Below, one piece after another: positions 55,852-64,000 of a DNA stretch of 64,000 nt (its first letter is position 1; each line of letters begins with the position of its first letter). Position numbers and translations under genes: made by a program. The notes beneath the pieces were generated by a model. That model ran no database searches. It saw only the letters and a program-made list of their open reading frames with translations, and was not told the origin of the DNA. The stretch lies in IMG/VR virus record IMGVR_UViG_3300045747_000505. One strand, written 5' to 3'. Origin of the DNA: a virus (taxonomy: Duplodnaviria; Caudoviricetes).

Positions 55852-56667
55852 ATGGCAGTACTTGGACCACTAGAGCGCGAGTTGATTGAACTCAACTCTG
55901 CGATTTCAAACCTCCGCAGCCGCGCTGAAGGGGTGGTCTTTCACTCACAAACTGGAACGGACGCTCAAGTGCAAACAATCATCCCATCAGTCTCTGGCGG
56001 TGCCGGCAACGACATCATCAACGTTGAGGTGAATGAATCATGCGTTTGTCCACCTGGTCCTCCGGGTCCAGAGGGGCCACCAGGCCCGGTTGGTCCGCAG
56101 GGTCCGACAGGTCCTCAAGGCCCATTTGGTCCTCAAGGCTCGCAGGGTTCACAAGGCTCTGTTGGTCCAGCCGGACCTCAAGGCGATCCAGGGCCAGTGG
56201 GTTCACCAGGACCCGTTGGCCCACAAGGCGATCCAGGCCAGACAGGCCCGATTGGTCCTCCAGGTCCTATTGGCCCAGTGGGTTCGACAGGTCCTTCGGG
56301 GCCTCAAGGTCCGATTGGTCCCGCCGGTCCGCAAGGTCCAATAGGCCCCGTTGGTCCGCAAGGGCCACCAGGCAAGTGTGAGTGTGACCGAGCCACGCAG
56401 CTCATCTCGGCAGACTACGAAGCACAGATCACAGACTTTTATATCGGGGTCTCAGCGAAGGGTCCTGTAAAGATCCTCCTACCACAAAAAGCGCCAGATG
56501 GCACGTGGCTCATAGTGAAGCTTGAGATGGGAGCGCCGATCGGAACACGAAAGGTCACGCTGGATGGGAATGGGGCAACAATCGATGATGCCGCCACTAT
56601 CACCATGACCAAAGCCTACGAGATCGTTTGGTTGATCAGCCGTGGCGGGTCCTGGTTCGTGGTGTAA
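55852..56667 (+). CDS. Collagen-like protein
   Basis: About 36 uninterrupted G-X-Y triplets flanked by CVC and CEC. Confidence 0.92.
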   Translation: MAVLGPLERELIELNSAISNLRSRAEGVVFHSQTGTDAQVQTIIPSVSGGAGNDIINVEVNESCVCPPGPPGPEGPPGPVGPQGPTGPQGPFGPQGSQGSQGSVGPAGPQGDPGPVGSPGPVGPQGDPGQTGPIGPPGPIGPVGSTGPSGPQGPIGPAGPQGPIGPVGPQGPPGKCECDRATQLISADYEAQITDFYIGVSAKGPVKILLPQKAPDGTWLIVKLEMGAPIGTRKVTLDGNGATIDDAATITMTKAYEIVWLISRGGSWFVV

Positions 56668-56701
56668 TTTCATTGACAAACGTGCGAAAGGGAACAACAG
56701 C

Positions 56702-57184
56702 ATGTACTACAACAACTATCCATACTACAACAACTATTTTCGGAGACCATATGGGTATGGTCACGGTGGGGGCTACTGCCCAACCTGTGGTCACGCTCAC
56801 TCTTGGTCTCATCCGGCTTTGATTGGAAGCCAGTTGTCGTCGATCAACCAATCGCTGCTGAACTACGGCGTGCAAACGAACGTGCTTCAACAGGCAATCG
56901 CAAATCAGGCCTTGGGTTACTACTAAGGCTATGAGGTGTTATCCGTTCAAGACCTGCTTCGTAAAGCCAACTGGCTACTAAGCGCTCGCGAAGAGTGGGA
57001 GCCGCCAGTCGGCTTCTTCATGCGCCCGTGCGACACCATCGCACGTGAGCTGCTTGACCTGAGCGATGACAAGACGCAGGCGATAGGCCGACTGGATGAC
57101 TACATCAATATCACTAGAGCAGCCTTAGACGATGACGACCTGAATCGCCTAGAGCGAGCCAGGAAAATCATCAACGATAAATAG
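56702..57184 (+). CDS. Tyr-rich small ORF (56702-56926) and hypothetical ORF (56936-57184)
   Basis: ORF track. Confidence 0.55.
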
Positions 57185-57187
57185 AGC

Positions 57188-57258
57188 ATCGCCACCAATG
57201 GATTGGCATCAGGCCTCCGAAGCCAGATTGGCGGGTTCGAATCCCGCTGGCGGTTCCA
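57188..57258 (+). tRNA. trnR: tRNA-Arg (CCG), compact D-arm
   Basis: Loop CTCCGAA; CCAA-TGGA-TTGG; CCA. Confidence 0.75.
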
Positions 57259-57768
57259 TCACTTGACCGTGTACCCCACGAGGTACTTCGCCGGAACCTT
57301 TGCGTTCACGCGCAGCTCTGCGAGCTGATAGAACTGCTGGTCATTGCTATCGAACTTGTCGTATTCATCCTTGTTGAGCAGCCGCTTCAGATGAAGTGGG
57401 TCGTTGCCACGCAGGTCAGGGTCACGGTGCGCCGTCACCCAAGCGCGCGGTAGGTCGAACACGAGCGTGATGCGCTCGTTCTCATGAATGGTTTGCGCCT
57501 TCGCACCAGCCTTGCGAAACTCTGCCTCACCACCCATTGATGCAAACGCTCTTGCCGTGTATGGTTCAAGCGCGAAGGAGATCATGCCGGTGCCAGCGTC
57601 GAGGCGATCAAGGCCAGTCTTGGCGATCGACTCAAGATGCTTGAGCTGGGTGCCGTGATAGACGCGCAGCGGATTCTTGTCCTCCCACCAGCCGATGGTT
57701 GGATTCTTTTCCCACGGCAGCTTCGGCACCTCTCGTGCTTCGGCGATGAATTGTTTGAAGGTCAGCAT
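57259..57768 (-). CDS. Candidate capsid-packaged ADP-ribosyltransferase-like protein
   Basis: MLTFKQFIAE start; RVYHGT, ISFA, AELRV; own late promoter. Confidence 0.55.
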   Translation of the reverse strand: MLTFKQFIAEAREVPKLPWEKNPTIGWWEDKNPLRVYHGTQLKHLESIAKTGLDRLDAGTGMISFALEPYTARAFASMGGEAEFRKAGAKAQTIHENERITLVFDLPRAWVTAHRDPDLRGNDPLHLKRLLNKDEYDKFDSNDQQFYQLAELRVNAKVPAKYLVGYTVK

Positions 57769-57810
57769 TGGAAATCCTGTGTTGGTCTTCTATTTAGATA
57801 AATACAGCAC

Positions 57811-57886
57811 GGGTCAGTAGCTCAATTGGCAGAGTTCTGGTCTCCAAAACCAGCGGTTCGGGGTTCGAGTCCCTGCTGGCCCGCCA
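57811..57886 (+). tRNA. trnW: tRNA-Trp (CCA)
   Basis: CTGGT-CTCCAAA-ACCAG arm, G73, CCA. Confidence 0.94.
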
Positions 57887-57958
57887 CGCAACCTGAGAAT
57901 CGTTCAACACAATTTCGGTGCGCGTGATACAATAGAGCATCAACAACAGGCATCCATC

Positions 57959-58585
57959 ATGCAAAGACGCCGTGTCTACATCATCGCTGCCTTACTGATT
58001 GCATTCTCTGCTCTTGGGCTAGGCGTTCTACTTTACAAGTCATCAGGTTCATCCTCGCCGTCGGCTCCAGCAGGCGGCAGCGGTTCATCAGGCGCCGTCG
58101 GGCAACCCGTGCTGATGGTTGCCACAGTGGCAGCCGCCGCACCTCGGGTTGAGGCTCGTTCTGAGCGCCCAACCACACGAGCACGCCCGCTCTCAACTCG
58201 AACCAGCGAACCAGCACCAACCGTTCAGGCGGCTGCGCAAGAGCCAGCGCTGCCTGACGAACCCACGGGCGCCGGCCCAATGTCAATCGACGAGCAGCCT
58301 ACGTTTGCTGGTTCAGGTGGTGGTTGGGGTTCAGGCACGCCGACCAGCGCACCGGTTGAGGGTGGTGGCGGTGCGCCGATGGCTAGCGCTCTCTCCTTTC
58401 AGACGTTCGGTGGTGGTGGCAGCGTCATCAGCTCGCCATCACCTGCGCCGACCATTGACACGCGCAACGGCATTCCACGCACATCGGTTCAGGTTCCGAC
58501 CTCGCCGGTTGATGAGCCGAATCTGGTGTGGTTGATGCTCGCAGGTCTTGGAGCGCTGTCCTTCAAAGCTCGTCGGAACAAGTGA
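57959..58585 (+). CDS. Ser/Gly/Pro-rich protein with PEP-CTERM-like tail
   Basis: N-terminal TM helix; VDEPNLVWLMLAGLGALSFKARR. Confidence 0.75.
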   Translation: MQRRRVYIIAALLIAFSALGLGVLLYKSSGSSSPSAPAGGSGSSGAVGQPVLMVATVAAAAPRVEARSERPTTRARPLSTRTSEPAPTVQAAAQEPALPDEPTGAGPMSIDEQPTFAGSGGGWGSGTPTSAPVEGGGGAPMASALSFQTFGGGGSVISSPSPAPTIDTRNGIPRTSVQVPTSPVDEPNLVWLMLAGLGALSFKARRNK

Positions 58586-60649
58586 GTGAAGCAGCTCACA
58601 CCAGTAGCGCTTGCCGTGGCGCTACTTCACAGCACAGCACAGGCTGAACCAGTCGCCCTACGCGCTGTCAACAGCACGGTTGACCAGACAACATCAATCG
58701 TTCGGCTCGAGCTCTCAAAGCAAATCGCGCTGCCAACAGCCTTTACCAGCGATTCGTCAACCGTCGTTGTAGACCTTGACAATGTCAAGAACATTGGCTC
58801 ACGCAAGCTGCTTGTCAACAAGGGCAACCTCAATGAGGTCAACGTTCGCACCAGCGGCGACCGCACGCGCGTCACCATCTCGCTGACCGGACGCTCGAAC
58901 TACGACCTCACCGTTGACGGTGCCTCCATCGTCATCGTGTTCAAGCCGCCATCAGACACTGCCCGCACCAAGGCGTCTGCCGCGATGGTGATTCAACCGA
59001 CCATTGAGTTTCCATCCTCATCGCCGAAGGGCGAGACGCCAGACAAGCTGCTCGCCAACGCGAAGATTGCCTATGAGGCCGGCAACTTTCAAACGGCGCT
59101 TGAGAAGCTGAACGGACTGCTGATTCTGCCACCATCGGCTTCAACGCAAGAGGGTCAAGAGCTGATTGGGCAGGTGCGTGAGCGGCTGAAGCAGCCTGAG
59201 AAGGCGATGGCTGAGTACAAGGCGTTCATCGCGATGTACCCAGACAGCCCAGCCGTGGCGCGCACTCGTCAGCGCCTGCTCGCCCTTGAGATTGCCACAC
59301 CAGACAAGGTCCCAGAGCAGCGCGCTCGCAAGGCGAAGACAGGCAAGGGCAATGACGTCACGGGCAGCGTGGCAACCTACCTCTACGTTGGTGCGGCACC
59401 TGCCAAGGCGCTGACCTGGACAGCAGACCAGCAGGTGCTAATCAACAATGCATCGGCGACTGCGACGTTTCGCGATGACCAATACACAGTCAAGGTCGCC
59501 GGGCGTGGGTCGGTGCTCACCAATCTTCTTGACAGATCCCGTCATCGCAACTCGCTGTCGGTCTTCAACGTCTCGCTCGACGACAGTCTTCACGACTACG
59601 GCGTTCGACTCGGGCGCCAGAACGCCACCGCTGGCATTCTCGGGCGCTTCGATGGCGCCTCTGGTTACTACAATCTGACCGCCGATACGAAGATGCTGTT
59701 CGGCTTCGGCGCTCCGTATCTTAGCTCGCCATCAACTCGTCGAACTGCCAGCATTGGCATCGATTCATCGCTCACCTCCACGCTTGGTGTTCAGGCGTAT
59801 CTCAACAAGCAGAAGGTTGATGGCGTCACAGAGCGCAGCGCTCTTGGACTTGAGGGTCGCTACTTCAATAACGGTCTGTCGCTCACCGGCACCGTTGAGT
59901 ACGATACGCTCTACAAGGTGCTGAACACCTCAATGGTTCAGGGCACTTGGGTCTTCGGCGACAACACGCTCTACTTTCTAGCCGATCGTCGATTGGCGCC
60001 AGCGCTCTTCGCTGAGCGCCTGCTTCAGCTCGACTCAGCGGCTGGACCGCGCTACGGAACTGTTGGCGAAGCCTTTGGAACCTCTGGCTTCTCGCGTGAC
60101 GAGCTCTACGCCTATCTGGCAGCGTCATCGCCAGTCTCGAAGGCGTTCGTGGTAAGCTGGAGCAATCAGATTACGCCAAAGTGGCTTGGTTCAATCAGCG
60201 GTCAAACGACGAACTACTACACGCCATTCAATCAGTCAGTCATTCCAACTGAGGAGCCAATCGCTCCGGTGCAGACGATCAGCTCAATGAAGGGTCTGAA
60301 CGTTCAGCTGCTTGGGTCTGACACGCCGATGAAGGGTGGTTCCATTCATCTGCTCGGCAACTACAGCAAGTCGAAGGAGACGGCGCTTTGGTATACGGCG
60401 CTACTTAGCTCGTTCGCTTGGCGCTCGTCAAAGGTCGACGTGATGCTGAGAACCGACCGAACGATGCGCCAGTTCACGACGATTGGCAGCGTTGGTGGGT
60501 CAGTCCGCCTCAACTACAAGTTCGACTCTGGCATCTCGATTGAAACGCAGTACAGTCTGACGCGCACCACCACCGTCGATGAGCTTATGCTTCTCTCAAC
60601 CATTCTAAATAGTCAGACGTTCTTCATCGGGTTCCGCTATGAAATCTAG
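58586..60649 (+). CDS. Outer-membrane protein: AMIN-like domain, TPR, C-terminal beta-barrel (porin-like)
   Basis: Signal peptide; RTRVTISL AMIN-like; AMAEYKAFIAMYPDS TPR; amphipathic strands ending GFRYEI. Confidence 0.78.
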   Translation: MKQLTPVALAVALLHSTAQAEPVALRAVNSTVDQTTSIVRLELSKQIALPTAFTSDSSTVVVDLDNVKNIGSRKLLVNKGNLNEVNVRTSGDRTRVTISLTGRSNYDLTVDGASIVIVFKPPSDTARTKASAAMVIQPTIEFPSSSPKGETPDKLLANAKIAYEAGNFQTALEKLNGLLILPPSASTQEGQELIGQVRERLKQPEKAMAEYKAFIAMYPDSPAVARTRQRLLALEIATPDKVPEQRARKAKTGKGNDVTGSVATYLYVGAAPAKALTWTADQQVLINNASATATFRDDQYTVKVAGRGSVLTNLLDRSRHRNSLSVFNVSLDDSLHDYGVRLGRQNATAGILGRFDGASGYYNLTADTKMLFGFGAPYLSSPSTRRTASIGIDSSLTSTLGVQAYLNKQKVDGVTERSALGLEGRYFNNGLSLTGTVEYDTLYKVLNTSMVQGTWVFGDNTLYFLADRRLAPALFAERLLQLDSAAGPRYGTVGEAFGTSGFSRDELYAYLAASSPVSKAFVVSWSNQITPKWLGSISGQTTNYYTPFNQSVIPTEEPIAPVQTISSMKGLNVQLLGSDTPMKGGSIHLLGNYSKSKETALWYTALLSSFAWRSSKVDVMLRTDRTMRQFTTIGSVGGSVRLNYKFDSGISIETQYSLTRTTTVDELMLLSTILNSQTFFIGFRYEI

Positions 60650-61322
60650 CCTGCTGCTTGCACTGCTTCTCTTCGCCTCATCCTGCTTCGGCGCCGAGTG
60701 CACGCTCTACGAGAAGACGCACCCAACGTTTCTGCTCGATGGAGCGCACCTCTCCACCGGCAAGTGCAACACCTGCGCCTCGTGCCACAAGGGCGGCGTG
60801 TTCATGGGAACACCACGAACCTGCATCGGGTGCCACAACGGCGACCCAGCTCGAATGACCGTAGGACGCAGCCCCACGCATATTCCAACTGGATTGATTG
60901 ACTGCAACACGTGTCACAAGACGCTTGCCTTCACCATCGGCACTGTGATGAACCACACGGCGGTCACGACCATCCAGTGTCGAGCCTGCCACGACGGCTT
61001 TCACCTTACATCGAACGCGCTTGGCAAACCGTCCAACCACATTCCAGAAATCAACCTGATTGGCGGGTCGACGATGGACTGCAACCTCTGTCACAAGTCA
61101 ACCATCACTTGGACTGGCGCTGTCACGAACCACAACAACACGCCTGGCAATGGCGCTGGCTGGTGCGTTGGCTGTCACCTGCGTGGACAGACTTGGCTGG
61201 GCGCAGGCACTCGAATGTTGCTCAATCATCGCAATAAGACGCCGCCTCCGACGGATTGCTCAATGTCTGGCTGCCATCGCCCACTTGGCAACACGGGAAC
61301 CACCTACAGAAGTTGGGACTGA
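60639..61322 (+). CDS. Multiheme c-type cytochrome (6 CxxCH plus 1 Cx4CH)
   Basis: Signal peptide; CASCH, CIGCH, CNTCH, CRACH, CNLCH, CVGCH, CSMSGCH. Confidence 0.93.
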   Translation: MKSSLLLALLLFASSCFGAECTLYEKTHPTFLLDGAHLSTGKCNTCASCHKGGVFMGTPRTCIGCHNGDPARMTVGRSPTHIPTGLIDCNTCHKTLAFTIGTVMNHTAVTTIQCRACHDGFHLTSNALGKPSNHIPEINLIGGSTMDCNLCHKSTITWTGAVTNHNNTPGNGAGWCVGCHLRGQTWLGAGTRMLLNHRNKTPPPTDCSMSGCHRPLGNTGTTYRSWD

Positions 61323-61411
61323 ACCTCACTTAATTTAGCTTAATCATGAACCTAAGATAAAATGAGCAGGCTGATAAATACTTAACATCTGTTTACTTCC
61401 TGGAGAACGCC

Positions 61412-62137
61412 ATGTTCCGCAAACTTCTAGCAATCCTCTCACTCGCCGTCTCGAGCCTACTGATGCCTGGCACGGTAGCGCTCGTCTCGCTCGCACCATC
61501 TACCGCGCTGGCGGCGGAGTGCACCCTATACGAGCAATCACATCCAGCGTTTACCCTGGATGGCAGCCACATGTCAACTGGTAAATGCTCGACGTGCGCC
61601 TCGTGCCACCTCTCCGGCATCTTCATCGGCACGCCGAAGACGTGTATCGCCTGTCACAACGGCGACCCGCTTCGCGTGACGGTCGGTCGCTCACCGCAGC
61701 ACATTCCGACAACGGTCATTGACTGCAACAACTGCCACACAACCGGCTCATTCCTGACGAATTTCAACATGAACCACACCGCCGTTGCTGGTCAGCGCTG
61801 CGATACCTGCCACACTGGCACCTTCAAGGCCGTCTACAACGCCGATGGCAAGCCGAACACTCACGTGCCAACCACGTCTGACTGCGGCACCTGCCACCAG
61901 TCGCGTACCGCCTGGGGTGTTCAGCACGAGGTCCTCCACGCTGGCGTCACCACTGGCTGCGTCACCTGCCACGATGGCTCCTACGCCGTTGGCAAGTCGA
62001 ACTACGCTCCTGGCCACCCTCTGACCTCTGACCAGTGCGAGACGTGCCACAGCATCAACGCCAACTTCAAGTGCGCCAGCCTCGGCGACCTCATGAAGAA
62101 CTTCGCGTTCATTCGCAAGGCTTTCAACATCGCCTAA
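61412..62137 (+). CDS. Heptaheme c-type cytochrome
   Basis: Signal peptide; CASCH, CIACH, CNNCH, CDTCH, CGTCH, CVTCH, CETCH. Confidence 0.95.
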   Translation: MFRKLLAILSLAVSSLLMPGTVALVSLAPSTALAAECTLYEQSHPAFTLDGSHMSTGKCSTCASCHLSGIFIGTPKTCIACHNGDPLRVTVGRSPQHIPTTVIDCNNCHTTGSFLTNFNMNHTAVAGQRCDTCHTGTFKAVYNADGKPNTHVPTTSDCGTCHQSRTAWGVQHEVLHAGVTTGCVTCHDGSYAVGKSNYAPGHPLTSDQCETCHSINANFKCASLGDLMKNFAFIRKAFNIA

Positions 62138-62160
62138 GACGACCACTTCGTCACATCGCA

Positions 62161-62184
62161 AGGGCTCCTTCGGGAGCCCTTTTT
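62161..62184 (+). terminator. Rho-independent terminator ending the cytochrome operon
   Basis: AGGGCTCC-TTCG-GGAGCCCT-TTTT. Confidence 0.9.
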
Positions 62185-62242
62185 GCTGCCCGATGAGGCG
62201 GTGGCTTATAAATACATCATCTACAACTGGCCGGCCAACATA

Positions 62243-63622
62243 ATGAATAAGGAAAAGATCGCGGAGTTTCTCATCGAAATGATGGAAGTGCTGACGATCC
62301 GTCGCATCTCACTCCTGGCTATCCTCGCGACCCTTCTCATTTCCCTTTTCACGGTTTATGAATACCGCAACGCGGTCTTTGCAACGATTTATCGCAGCGC
62401 AGATACAGCCACCATCATCACTTGGGACCTGAGCCAAGAGAGCAAGACACAGCTCGACGGCCTCACGAACATCCCACTAGTCGGCGCAGTCTTTCTACAC
62501 GACGTCAATTTGAAGAAGAACCGTCAAGCCATCAAGTACCAATTTGTCAAGGACAGGGCGATCGCCGAATACCTTGCGCCGCTTGAAGCAGCGCTGCTCC
62601 CACAGGCTCTGTTTGACTACGACTCCAAGAACACCGAGCAGATGGTTTCAATGCTCAACAACGAATTTAGCTGCTCGCCGACGCGCGAAACAATCTTTGG
62701 ACGACAGTTTCCAGATCTTTACAAGCGGTACCCAATGGTCTGCCGCATTGCTGTCCCTCCATTCTTTGGAGAATTTGTCGGGTACGTGTCAGCAGCGCTG
62801 ACACGACAACCCGCAAGGTCAGAGCTTGATGCCCTCAAAATCGAAATGAATCGTCTCGCCATTGAGACGTATTTGAGGGACATTTCGAAAAAGCTCCCAT
62901 CGTAAACACCCAACCACACGCCCATATAGCTATCAGATAGGAATGTACTTGTGATTGCCCTGGTCTCTAAGCTGGTCAAGACGATCACCCTCAAGAGCGT
63001 GTTGCTGATTGGCCTATTCGGAATTCTAGCGATGCTCGCTCTGCTAAGCTTCGAGCATCGCGCCGAAATCTTTGGGTCAATCTCTACCAACCGTTCGCAT
63101 CTTACCAATGAAGTCGGTCATGAATTTCTTGTGAGTGAGGAGACGAGAGATCGCATTCGCAACATCGTCGCATCAGACACAACCTATTCTGGGATGGCTG
63201 TGCTCAGCACTGACATTCGATTGAACTCTCGCCGTGTGCTGTTCGTGTTTGACCCAACAGCGCCGAAGGCGAAGATGACGCACCTCATTCAAACGTCTCG
63301 TCTTCCACTCTTCACTCACAATGAAGAAAACAATCGTCAGGTCGTGAAGCTCATCAACGGCGAGTTCTTCTGCGCTCCATACGGCACTTCACAGATTGCT
63401 CAGATGGCGCCAGAGCATATTGGCAGCAACGTCACCATCTGCCGTGCCAGCATTCCACCGTACTACGGCTTCTTCTCAGGCTTCGTAGCGCTGGTGTTGA
63501 AGGTCGATCCAAGCATCGAGCAGCAAGCGCGCATCAAGGAGACTCTTGAGAACCTGGCAACCGAGGTCTACTTTCGCGACGTCATCCCAACTCACAAAAA
63601 GACGTCGTTCGGAGCGCCATAA
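62243..63622 (+). CDS. Two paralogous single-TM proteins with periplasmic domain (62243-62905, 62951-63622)
   Basis: Shared N-terminal TM helix and NN.QxV.(M/L).N.EF.C.P...C...(V/I)PP(F/Y)(F/Y)G.F.G(Y/F)V. Confidence 0.75.
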
Positions 63623-63648
63623 ATAGGCGATACACAGAGGAGACTTGA

Positions 63649-64000
63649 ATGTCGAAGATTGCTATCGTTGGAGCCGGACGACTTGGAACGGCGCTTGCCA
63701 AACTACTGTTGCTTGTATCAGACCATGAGATTGCCCTCATCGACAACGATGAAGCTGCGCTGACCCGCGCTTTCACTCGCTGCTCGAAGATCATTCGCCC
63801 AGAGCATCGCGTCGCCTTCGCACCTGAAATTCCAGTTGAGACGTTCACGGCTTACACGACCGACCAGCTTGAAGCCACGCTGCGCTCAACGCACCCAGAC
63901 ATCGTCGTCTGCGCTGCCGTTGCCGACATCACGTACGCCACGGCAGAGATTGCCAATCGCCTCAGCTGTCACTACCTCGACTTCAACACAGACCCGAATG
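63649..64000 (+). CDS. Rossmann-fold NAD(P)-binding protein (saccharopine dehydrogenase-like), 3'-truncated
   Basis: IAIVGAGRLG...DIVVCAA...CHYLD. Confidence 0.75.
   Translation, partial: MSKIAIVGAGRLGTALAKLLLLVSDHEIALIDNDEAALTRAFTRCSKIIRPEHRVAFAPEIPVETFTAYTTDQLEATLRSTHPDIVVCAAVADITYATAEIANRLSCHYLDFNTDPN

Noticed and set aside
56050-56380. GGTCCN-rich DNA tandem repeat
   Set aside because: Fully explained by Gly-Pro-X collagen codons.
1-64000. Genome-wide TGA or TAG recoding
   Set aside because: Many intact genes end in TGA or TAG with coupled downstream starts, and no suppressor tRNA was found. Only the RF gene has an internal stop.

Overview
This is a fragment of a large T4-like (jumbo) phage genome, almost all on the + strand. 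Supporting evidence: dense small ORFs, about 50 tRNA genes in two clusters (485-11915 and 50456-57886), six free-standing homing-type endonucleases, recurrent TAAATA late-promoter motifs placed strand-specifically ahead of genes, and T4-type capsid-targeting N-termini. The host is inferred to be a Gram-negative, probably betaproteobacterial organism (PEP-CTERM proteins, lipoproteins, BAM-type barrels, c-type cytochromes). Recognisable enzymes: RF1-like release factor, CCA-adding enzyme, HNH-RNA ligase, SF1 helicase, NADAR, Nudix, MazG, HD/HAD nucleotidases, metallophosphatase, Hsp20, and U32, C1, S11 and S53 peptidases. Four things stand out. (1) A phage-borne porin plus two 7-heme cytochrome operon (58586-62137), with a distant cytochrome-b-like inner-membrane partner (10659-11501). 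(2) A structured RNA motif I do not recognise, present in at least 7 copies between tRNAs; two copies are circularly permuted and nested inside tRNA bodies. (3) Several tRNAs with 14-78 nt structured anticodon-loop insertions. (4) An RF1-like gene with an in-frame TGA at a position normally encoding Trp. All calls were made by eye with no database searches; hairpins and tRNA ends were read manually and may be off by 1-2 nt.
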